Assembly (NCBI GenBank): GCA_000934665.2
Contig: JYFJ02003360.1
Coordinates: 1-43,010 of the forward strand
DNA: 43,010 nucleotides
From: Catajapyx aquilonaris
Lineage: Eukaryota
Direction of reading: 5' to 3'
Shown: positions 26,077 through 36,118 of the stretch, one piece after another
Layout of the letters: each line of letters opens with the position of its first letter
How positions within the stretch are numbered: position 1 is the first letter of the stretch
Translations under genes and position numbers: made by a program
The notes under the pieces: model-generated
Told to the model about the DNA's origin: nothing
Databases searched by the model: none
The model's input: the letters and a program-made list of their open reading frames with translations, nothing else

Positions 26077-27632
26077 ACAGAACCTTTAACATTTAAAGAC
26101 ACTTACGTCATGTCGTGCCGCTCCAGAATTTTGACAAGAAGCAGCGTGCGCCATCTACTTATTTCCTTCCCAACTTCGTGCACAAACCATATCTATCAGT
26201 TATGCCCGTTACAACGAGGATTTTTGACTAGTTTCCATGAAAAATCTTAGGCTTGATCCGAGTGTGGAAGTTGAGTTTGTATCATATGTAATTCTTGCCT
26301 CTTGTTTCGTCGTCCCTTTTGAAGCCTCTTCTCCTTTAAGTCACATCTGCCCGTTTTTCAATTCCGCCCCCCCCCCCACCCTCCTTCTCTCCCTTCTCTA
26401 CTATACCATCTCTTCCTAATCCCATTTCCTCGTCCGCAGACCCTCATCTCACACTTATTCCCTAGGCCCAGGCCCCTGCCTCTGTCCCATTTTCCATTTT
26501 CGCTTCATTTCTCCTCGTGTTTCGCTGGCTCTAATTCCACTTGGTCGTAACAAGCTTATCCACCTTATCCTGGCCATGTAATATGGATGCTTTTGGGGGC
26601 AGCACGTGTGACATCACCACTAGCATGGCCTGTGCTCAAGAGACTTGGCTACACAGATTTGAACTCAATGATATAGCCTTTTTCAATCCAAATATATAGG
26701 AGTTGGCTTGACCAATGAGGTTTTGAAGACCAAAGGACACCAAGAGCTCACCCTGTACATATTATGTATGAGTCCCAGGGGCAAGTTGGATAGGTTCACT
26801 GCACTTATTCTGATGGAAACCAGCAATTTCAAAAATGCGTGTAATATTGCCCTTTTACGAGAAGCAGCTTACTTTACCTAAAAGGTATCGTGCAATATTA
26901 AGTTTTACTACCGACCTTACGTATACATCACTGAGTACCTGAGCCACAAAAATCATTTTGTAATGCTGGCTATCTTTGAATGGTATACAGTACAGGATTG
27001 ATGCAGCTTCTTCACCTATACGCCTTGGGCAGTGGACCACCCTACATATTTACTGGAAGGAGTGAGAGGCCCCCACTTGGTAAAAGGGAAGCACTGCGGA
27101 AACAGGTTGACGGCCCGATATGTTTCTTCCGCTTCCCATTTTCCGGGCCGTGAATGGGAAAGAGGCAGTCAATCATCTCTCCAGGCAATAAAGCATGCTG
27201 GGGCGAATACTGGGGGCAGAAGCAGAAGGGGTTAAAAATCCGAGTAAAAGGGGGAAGAGAGGGATGAATGGGAAGAGATACGGGAGAGAGAATATAAGTA
27301 TCGGAGTCCATTCCCGAGGCAGCAAAACCGTCAACAATCCCTGGGGGAGGCTGTGATTGATCATCCGGGCCATCCGTCCAAGAAATCATTCCTCCATCCA
27401 CAACCTAGGCGCCAACTTGAGAAATGATTCTTCAGAGGTAGAGAGAGAAGAAGAAATGGCGAAAGGCGTGTATATTGCAAGGGTGGGAGAGGGGGGGGGG
27501 AAGAAGGGGGCTTCGAGAGTTGAAAAGCACTTTTCACTCTCAAGGTTTCCCGCGGGCTATATTTTCTGGTCACTTTTCCACAGAAGAGAGGCAGCTTTCC
27601 TGCCAAGACACGATGGGAAGTGCCTGACTGAA

Positions 27633-27677
27633 ATGGGAGAGAAACCTCGAGAAAACCCACTCGAAAATTGAGAGAAC
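27633..27677. repeat. Short diverged repeat, possible SINE remnant
   Basis: Similar to 26035-26076, same orientation. Confidence 0.4.
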
Positions 27678-27823
27678 CTGTCACAAATACCAGTACGCGA
27701 GAATCTGTCATGCTCCACCAACATTTCGTTCACATCATATCGTGCGAATACAAGTGGAGTCCATTAAGTCCAAGGGAAAAAAAAAACAATTTTCAGATAA
27801 TCATAAGCAATGATTACCCAGTA

Positions 27824-28106
27824 CAGTGTTGAACATTAATCGCGACTGGTTGCTTGCGACATTTTCTGTTGCGGCAGAAGTTCAAATCGAAGTGATAGAG
27901 TGAGAGCCGTGCGAGTAGGAAGAGGTAGGCCTTGAGTGACGTCACCGGCTGGGGGGCAATGGAGAAAAGGCTTGTCCTCAGCCAGTGACGTCACCCATGG
28001 GCCACCGTTTCTTACTCGCACGGCTCGCACTCTATCACTTCGATTTGCACATCTCCCGCATCGGAAAATGTCGCTAGCAGTATGACGCAATTAATGTCCC
28101 GCACGG
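27824..28106. mobile_element. TA-flanked foldback MITE, family B (long form, 283 bp)
   Basis: TA flanks; the arms pair over about 130 bp (e.g. AAATCGAAGTGATAGAGTG / CACTCTATCACTTCGATTT). Termini match the 1732-1869 element. Confidence 0.9.
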
Positions 28107-28108
28107 TA

Positions 28109-28212
28109 CAGTACGAGGTAGCAGACCTGAAGCTCATATTAGCCTTAATCACGACTTGTGAGGGAGGAGAGCCTCTGTTGGGAGGCTAATTTCAGCTTCA
28201 CATCTGCTACTT
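28109..28212. mobile_element. Family D MITE, end-truncated copy
   Basis: GTAGCAGACCTGAAGC..ATTAGCCT ... AGGCTAAT..GCTTCACATCTGCTAC inverted arms. The loop ATCACGACTTGTGAG is the inverse of the loop in 28416-28553. Confidence 0.75.
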
Positions 28213-28239
28213 CCTGACGAGCAGGTAGTCGACAATGTA

Positions 28240-28413
28240 CAGTCAGTTAAAGGAGTATCATCTTACTAGACCAGACCAAGAAATTAGCCTCCAACAGAGG
28301 TGCTGCCTGGGGGAGTGCGACTGTGCGAGTTATTGCACCAGGTGGAGGCAGCACCTCTTTTGGAGGCTAATTTCTTGGTCTGGTCTGGTATAAGATACTC
28401 CTTTCACCGAGTG
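28240..28413. mobile_element. TA-flanked MITE related to family D
   Basis: About 68-bp TIRs including AGACCAGACCAAGAAATTAGCCTCCAACAGAGGTGCTGCCT / AGGCAGCACCTCTTTTGGAGGCTAATTTCTTGGTCTGGTCT; TA on both sides. Confidence 0.9.
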
Positions 28414-28415
28414 TA

Positions 28416-28553
28416 CAGTCGCGGAAAAGTGTAAGGTAGCAGACCTGAAGCCCAAATTAGCCTCCAAGAGAGTCGATTCTCCTTCTATCTCACGAGTCGT
28501 GATGGAGGCTAATTTGAACTTCAGGACTGCTACCTAACTCCTTTCCGCGACTG
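28416..28553. mobile_element. TA-flanked family D MITE (138 bp)
   Basis: CAGTCGCGGAAA ... TTTCCGCGACTG termini, about 50-bp TIRs, TA on both sides (left TA shared with the preceding element). Confidence 0.9.
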
Positions 28554-31057
28554 TAGGTGACATTTAATTCGTCAGCTACCTGCTCGTTCCTGATTGCAAG
28601 CCGCTCATTTCGCACCGAGCGCAATCAAGCTATCTCTGGTGGGCACATAACAAAACCTATAGGGGACGGACGACTCGTGGTCTGAACGGAAATTCCGTCT
28701 CCTCTATACCTCGTGCTTCTGTCGGAGTGTCCGACCGGATGAGGAATGAGTCCGGGTCGTTTGAGAGGTCACGCCTGACATGATTGCAGTCAATCGAGCC
28801 CAGGCTGGCAGGGGCCCCGAACTAACGAGGAGAACACCCTCCCTTCGTCTCTCTATACCCTTCCCCCCAGTGAAAAGTGGCGGAACTGCCACTTCCACAC
28901 GTCGCGCTGCCTTCGACATGACAGATTACAAACTTCCCAGAGCTTCAGAATTACCTTCCTTCTCCAAACTTGTATGGGGTCCCCCCTTCCCCTCCGCTTC
29001 TATTTCCAGCAGGGACAGAACCGCTTCGTTAGCTCTATGCCTGCCAGCAGCCAAGTTGTGTCGCGTGACAACACTCAACTTCGCCCTGTAATGTACCAAT
29101 GGTAACTATACCTGCTTGGTTGCAATTCGGGGACTAAAGTGCAGCCATGTCGAGAAGGGGGAATGGACGAGAGAGTTCAACGCATCTCCTACAGTTAATA
29201 TAGCCTCAAGGTGCGTAACTTTGAATTCTGAGGCGTGACTTTGCTGATAGAGCTTTGGTATGCGCCTTGTGACTGTTACTATATCTCCGTGACAGTGGTA
29301 TAGTGAACAGTTCCCGAAAATGAGTAAAAGTATTGCTTGGGGAGTACGATCCATCAATCCTGGTGCCGCATTGTCATCGCGGAAAATGTAACAGTTCCGA
29401 ACAAAAGATGGAGCAATACATCTTTTTCTGTAGTTATATTCTTCTTCTTCTTCTTTTCTCCTCTTGTTGCACCACCCCCACAAAACCTTCCTTCATCTCT
29501 TCTGGGCCCGCCTTATTTTGGCCAGATGGCAATAAAACACCCTGAAGACACAAAGGAAGCCGACCCCATCCTTCCAGAAAGGAAAAAAAAAAACGAGGAA
29601 GAATATAACCAGGGTTGAATAATGCAACTGTCAATAGTTTGTCACTACCGTTGGATTTGAAATACGTCACACTCAATCGTACCAACATCACTTGTATCTC
29701 GCAAGATGAATAGTTTCATTGCCTCTAATTTTTCATCCGTATGGTAATACATTTTCCTGGACACTTTTGAATCCCTAATTGTTGAAGAGAGGTGATAACA
29801 AGCTGGCTGCAATTTTTCCTCCGTTTTCCGCACTGCTGAGAAGAGCTGGCCACAAAATTGCGGGGAAATATAGAGACGTTATGACCGCGTGCAAAAAAAA
29901 ATGTTTGCGCGTGACCTCAACTCTCTTGCGAATTAGAATTGTCCTCACGCCTTTCCGGGTCTGCAAAACGTTGGCCCCGACATTTTTTTTGAAAGGATGA
30001 GGGCAGTCCCCTCCCCCCCAAAAAAATTTTTTTTGGCCCTCCCCGCCTTGCCGTGACCGCACCATCTCGCTTGGACTGACTGCTCATTACTTATTCATCC
30101 TTACCAGGAAACGTGACACGGACATTTGGTCAGTGCCGGCTCTCATCGGACCTAGGGCAGGACTGCAGCAGCTCATGCCCCAAAATTATTCATATCGCAC
30201 CTGTGCTGCACAACCCCCCCAAAATTACTTATGAGGCATTATGTCATCCGACTTAACATGGTTTGTAAGTTCAGGCGGAGGTTGTAGGATGTCGACAGTA
30301 ATTGCGACACTTGTTCTTTAACTAACATATCTGGTCGTCCTACATAAACTCATTTGGGTTTTGAATTTTGAAAATTCTCAAGTAACGCGACCCCAACTCT
30401 ACACCTGTCTCATTAGCTGAAATCGATAGAAATAATGCCCCCTCTCTTTTGTCTCCTATACGACAAGTTGTCCTCCACAAAATTGCCCTTTGGCACCACC
30501 ATAAACGGGACCAGTTGTGCGGCCCATTTTCCCTCCTGTAAGCAATATCCGATGGGTGGGTGGTGACACAAAGTTTGGCTGGTGACTCGGTTGTGCTGGG
30601 TCCAGCCTCTGAATTAGGTTTTGTAGCTGCAACCCAACCCCGTTAATGAGAAATGGGGCAAGATGAGTGATAAAGATGGGTGTGGGCAAAGGGCTGGCCC
30701 AGAGTAGAGGGGGTTGGGGGAGGAGGAACGACCCCTGGAAAGGCCGTCCATCGTCTTCATGGGGCAATTTGGACCAACAGATTGGTCTGGGGGGCCTGTC
30801 CCAGATGGCTGCCAGGGCGTCCGGGGGAGCATCTCTAACCGGAAAAAGGGGGGGNGGGCGTCCTGTGTATATGCATGGAGGTGGAATTTGTAGCGTACAT
30901 CTAAAGATGGGAGGGTCAAGTGGGGATCAGAGTTTGGAGGTTAAAAGGAGGTCAGCTTGCATACTGTATAACACCTTGAGTTTACCTGTAAGTCAATCAC
31001 CATGTGCACGGGCAACATGATAGGGAAAGAAGTGCCCAAAATACTATTGGAAATGTC

Positions 31058-31283
31058 ATAATCGGCTATGTTTCTCTGTCCGTTTGTTTGTCTGAGCTGA
31101 TAGTACCAATTCTCGCACGACCTGAGTGGCAGCAGTGTGCAGAGAGGGAGGACACGCCATCTATGCACTCGTCTCGTAGATGGCGTATCCTCCCTCTGCA
31201 CACTGCTGCCGCCCAGGTTATGCGAGAAGTAGTGGTACTATCAGCTCGAACAAACAAACTGAAAGTGAGACATAGCCGATTAT
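31058..31283. mobile_element. Family C foldback (MITE-like) element
   Basis: About 105-bp inverted arms (ATAATCGGCTATGT...GGCAGCAGTGTGCAGAG...ACGCCATCTA / TAGATGGCGT...CTCTGCACACTGCTGCC...ACATAGCCGATTAT) with a 13-nt spacer. Outer ends and TSD unclear. Confidence 0.85.
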
Positions 31284-31836
31284 TACGCAAACAGTCGGAG
31301 CCCGTGATGTTTTGACTAGTTTCGACAGAATGTGCTAATAATATCCTACTAGTGTACGGATAGGTCCGTCCCGTTCCAGTCTGTTCCCCTTATATTCCAT
31401 CGGGGGTTCCCAGGTGCAATCATTAACCACCTCTGAGAGGTCCACGTCCTCCGGTTGGCTTATTTGCTCCCCCAGCAGCAGACCTCTCATCCCAGGCCTC
31501 TCCCCGGGCCGTCTCCAGTGTCTACCCTCCCCCTTCTCCCTTCCTCTCCCGGAAAATTCCGGGAATTGATGTCCGGGGCTTAAGAGCTCATGATTACACG
31601 GGGAGGTGGGTTGGTCGAAATGAGCTGGCCTTTCCGGAGGCCGGAGATGAAGTGACCTGAAAAGGACGAGTGGGTTTTGCTTGCCAGGGAACTTGAATAG
31701 GTGCAAATGATAAGCGAAAGGTGAACAACCCAAACCCTCTTCAAACGTCAGACTGCATGTTTATTTATATGCTCTTTTCTCAGATGAATGATCATCTCTC
31801 TCTCTCTTTGATTTATGCAGGGAAGGATGAACCAGC

Positions 31837-31966
31837 ATGTTGCGTATGCTGGGCATGCGGCTTGTGTCGCGCCTGGTTGTGGTGGCGCTCTCGGTCAGCC
31901 TGGCCTTCTTCTTGCTTCTCGGACGATGCGGATTCGTGCTCGAAGATGGGGGAGACTCAGGACAAG
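31837..31966 (+). CDS. First coding exon of a probable type II membrane (Golgi glycosyltransferase-like) protein; partial
   Basis: Pyrimidine tract plus TGCAG acceptor ending at 31820 and a perfect AAG|GTGAGT donor after 31966 (phase 1); locally GC-rich. Encodes MLRMLGMRLVSRLVVVALSVSLAFFLLLGRCGFVLEDGGDSGQ: Arg-containing N-tail, about 17-residue hydrophobic helix, polar stem. Product class is inferred. Confidence 0.72.
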
Positions 31967-34900
31967 GTGAGTCACCAATTGTCACTAAAATTCTGCACTT
32001 TCTGGAAAGATGTTACTTGGTTAACGAGGCTATACAATCAGCTCAGGAAAAGACTGCATGGGATTTCTGGGGAAATAATTTTTCCCAGCTGGCATCTGCA
32101 CATTTCGCCAGGTTAAACACAGAGGACAAGGTGGTGGGAAGGAGGGCAGAAAATGAGGAAAAAACGCACGTAGCTGTATAGTCTTTTCTTGGTTCTCATA
32201 TACACCGCGAGCATTAGTGAATTTTTTTTAAAATGTGCGGATACAGCCTATGACACTTCCATCGTCTCAGCTAGAAGTTTGATAATTCCCTGATAACAAT
32301 TTTTTTTCGTTCACTCGAACTGTGTCAGACTGTTGACCTGGCTCAGAGAGTACTTGGGCACCTTTTTTTTGACCTTTGACGCCAAGTTTCCTGCGGGCTG
32401 AACAATTGCGCGGTACTTGTTAACATGGTTGAGCTCAGGCAAGTGGAACCGCAGGGGCTTCCCTTCAAAAAAAGAGAGTAGTTAAATAATGGAGAGTCTA
32501 GACTTGGTGGGGGGTCGAATTTGGCACCGGTGTCGCAACCGGACTGTCAAAAAAAAAAGAGGGGGGCAGGTTTTGTGCAATTGTACAATGGGCAGAGGGA
32601 GTAAAAGCCCAGCGCTCCGGAAAATTAATGGGCGGGTAAGAGGCATTAGGGCGAGATATCGAGTGACGTATCAGGCCAGTATATTATTAGAGAGACGCCG
32701 ATGATGGTTGGAACCCTGGGCTTTTTTGCGTTACCCTCTCCCATAACTGGGGGGCCCCCGATTCGAACGCGCCCATCAATCAACCCTGGCAACGACCCGT
32801 ATCAACCCACAGATACTCATCGTGAAATGTGACTAATCAACCTAATGAAGGATGTTACCCAGTGTGTCAAAAATACTTACCAACTATTGTAGTTAGGCCA
32901 ATTGACCAACCAGTAGCACTCTAGCAAGGTGGATATTTTTTTCCCGCAAATTTGTACCATCAGGCATGCAAGTGCGTCGTTCTCACAGGGAACATGAGGC
33001 GATGTAGGGCATCGGAACAGTAGTGTGTAAAAGCCCGTCGGGGGCAGAGGCTTCAGCTTAAGGCCGTGTTTGGGAGTGGTCGTGTTGAATGCAAAAAGGA
33101 TGGTAGAAGAGGGGGTGGAAGTTGGCCCGGGCCCAAGCTGGCTGGGATTTTTTGGGGGCGGCCAAATCGCTCATCCCAGTTAGGACCCCCCCCCCAAAAT
33201 GCGCACTAAAGGAAAAGAGCCTTGAATCTGTGCATCCAACAACTCGCCTGCATTCACTTTCGCCTCTTCGTGCTTTTTTTTTGCGAATCAATTCTGCTCC
33301 TCGGCCCAAAAAAAGGGGGTTTGGAGGAGACGAATGTCGTCGGGATAGAGCAAAGATGGGGAAGTGCAGGGTGGTGCACTGCCCAATTCATATTTCAATG
33401 AAGAAACTGCGGTTTATTTGTTAAGTGATCAGTTGATGGCAGAAGATAACTAGAGGAGGATTTGAAATTAACTCTATACGATTTATTTGCTGTAGTAACC
33501 AGTAGCTGGTTATACTTTTAGCTGTGAACTGTGTGGTGAAACAGACCATTCCTAACTTTTTCATGATCTTGTACCGTGGTTGGGCAACGCACCACCCTGT
33601 GCTTTACAACCGACACGCATACAAATGCGGCTGTGGGCTTCGAAATGGTTGAATTTTCGGGACTCCTTGTGGTGGCCCGCCTCCACCTGCATACCAACTT
33701 GCCTCATTGTCTTTTTTTATGTATATATACTGTGTATACATATATGCGAAAGGAGGGGGTTGGGGAACATGCAGCAGAAGAGATGCAGCATCCACCTCTC
33801 GGCGACAGCATCATTTCGGTTGTCTGAACTTGAAATGACAAGCTCGACTCCAGGTCTGGTTGGTTGGGTTGGAAGTCTCCAAAAAAAAAAAGAGAGGGTT
33901 TTGTGCAAGGAGAACAATCAATGCTGCAGCCTGATTGGTAGTCTGGGCCGCATGCCAAGAGAGCCGCTTGGGTTGCCTGCTGTCCAGGATGAAACAGAAA
34001 AGATTAAGCGAGTAACTTTCAGGGGGGGGGGCCTTCGCGCTTGATAGATGAGGTTGGCCATAATTTTGCACAGTACTTCGTGGCCCTTCTCGCAAAGCTA
34101 GCTAGACGAAAAGTTACAGGAAATCTGGCAGGAAATACAGATTTGGCCATGTTAGGACCTAGTGTAAATGACGGCGCAGCAGGTTTTGGTATTCGGCTCA
34201 GGTTCTTCGTGTCACCTTTAAATTCGTTACCAACTTTTGTGACAGTTTGATGAGAACATGCACTCAACTAGGGCTTGGAAACCCAACTACAAGCCAACGT
34301 GAATAGCAAGTAAATTACTTGAAGATCATGAGCATTTTATAGGTCCTGCCGCCATCAAAAAACCTGGAATATTTTGTTCAAAAATAATGGTTGCAATTAG
34401 GAGAATATTTCAGTTGGTTTTAGGCCCATAAGATCTCATGGCCTTAGTTGCTTCAGCTCTTTAAATAAGCCAAACGGTTTATGATTTCCCACTATTATTA
34501 TCATGCGTATGTGCTCCACATATTGCCATTAACTTGAAAGTACAGTCATGTCAGGAGCAATCATTCTAAGCCCAGAAAATGTTCATCGTTATGAAATGTA
34601 ATATCTGTGGGCCAAACGATAGATGGTTATGGCAGACACGGTAATACTGTTACAGCGTTATAATTATTAATCCTTTCCCGGTAATATCCTTTTCCCTTAA
34701 CCTATCCCAAACTGGATGTCGTAATTGCTTTAAAAACACGGAAACTTCCCCTCTAATGTCGTTGTAATCCACTTATCTGGCCCAATCTAATAAGCCACGC
34801 TGTAAGTTGTACGGTTGGAAAATTACTTTAGATTTTTTTTGTGTGTGTTAAAGTCTGGAGAAGGAGGGTTGGAGTAAGGTCAGGTTCATGTAACCTCTTG

Positions 34901-35950
34901 TCTGAATCTTTTTTTTAACTCTGGAGCTGATAAACAGTTTGGATGAAAGCGTCTTGGGAAAAGATTTTCGCTGGTGTTGGCATCTTGCGCATTCCTTCCC
35001 ATGGAATACCCTGTAGCAGCGCATGAATTACCATGAAGTCGGGTCTCTAAAGTTGGTTCCCAAATTATTTCTGGCCAAAATCTCCCAGCCGATTGGGTTT
35101 TCCAGCTAGACGCGCGGATTATTCTTGCTGCAGTGCCTGGAACCGCTGGAAAAAGACTATTTTCCAGTCGGCCTCGCCGACGCCAGGAGTTTGGAAGGAA
35201 AGGAAGGCGGCGTCGGGGGTCGTCGCCGGCTGAATATTTTAGGGCGTCGTCTAAAGAGGTGCTGGGAAAAGGCGTCTCTGAAGGAACCTTGCGAGCATAC
35301 TAAAAGGTCCGAAGAAAAAGAATAAAAAAAGGTCGATTCGCCTTCTGGCAGTAAAAAGAAAAAATTGATGCGGCCAGTGCCCAATGAGGAATGACATGCG
35401 GGCCTATGGGAACCATTGTAGTTTGTAAGAAAAATGTAAGGAAAAAGAAATTGCGGACTTTTCTGGACGCATCGGAAGTGACAGCTTGGAAGTTGGGGGG
35501 ACGTCGTAGCTCATCGGCGCTTCTCTGTCGATTGGAACCATTTTTTCCCCGGGTGCTGGCCCCGGGGAGCCATCACTTTGGATGACTGGCGCAACTTTGG
35601 GGTGGTTCCAGGGATCCAAATTTGCACGCCATTTTTTCGATGGGGGGGNGGGGGAAGGTTGCTCCAGGGAAGAGAACGGGGAAAATTCCCAACTTGCTAA
35701 ATCCTTTTTAGTGTATGGGGTCCCCCACACTTTTTTTTGGTGGGAAGGTACATTGCAACTTGCGGGATTCTATGTTGGAGAAAAGGGGGCCTGCAGAGGA
35801 TATTGGAAAGTTTTATCGGCGATGCTTTCAACGAAGCAAGGCTGGAGAGGAAAGCCTGAAAAGTTCGATTGGTTGACCTCTTCCATAGTATAGGATCCGT
35901 TGCGAAGGTCCGGTTTCAACTATAGTGGGCAATTCTTCAAGACTAGTGCC

Positions 35951-36118
35951 AAAACTTGGCAACACTGCTCGGTCCCCCCACGTAGTAACAGATCTCTCCC
36001 ATAGATGGCGCATCCTGCCTCTCTGCACATTCCTGCCGCTGTCAGGGCCGTGCGAGGGATAATGGTACTACATGCACCTAGCTAATCAGAAATGATGACT
36101 CACCCCGGACAAACAGAG
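35951..36118 (-). repeat. Dispersed repeat family C, single-arm subtype (reverse orientation)
   Basis: AAAACTTGGCAACACTGC...TAGATGGCGC...CTCTCTGCACA...TGCCGCT...GTACTACATGCAC...TGATGACTCACC is the reverse complement of the 7988 and 13849 copies. Confidence 0.8.

Noticed and set aside
25634..26089. 151-aa ORF
   Set aside because: Non-ATG start, no recognisable motif, ends within a repeat remnant.
28109..28553. Recurrent ATTAGCCTCC/GGAGGCTAAT as a CRISPR-like array
   Set aside because: Repeats alternate in orientation and are MITE arms; no direct repeat-spacer periodicity, no cas genes, eukaryotic context.
31967..32181. Continuation of the 114-aa ORF past the donor site
   Set aside because: Perfect GTGAGT donor at 31967 and a drop in GC content afterwards indicate intron read-through.
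33576..34267. Dense overlapping ORFs on both strands
   Set aside because: No recognisable protein; includes homopolymer runs and lacks convincing splice sites.
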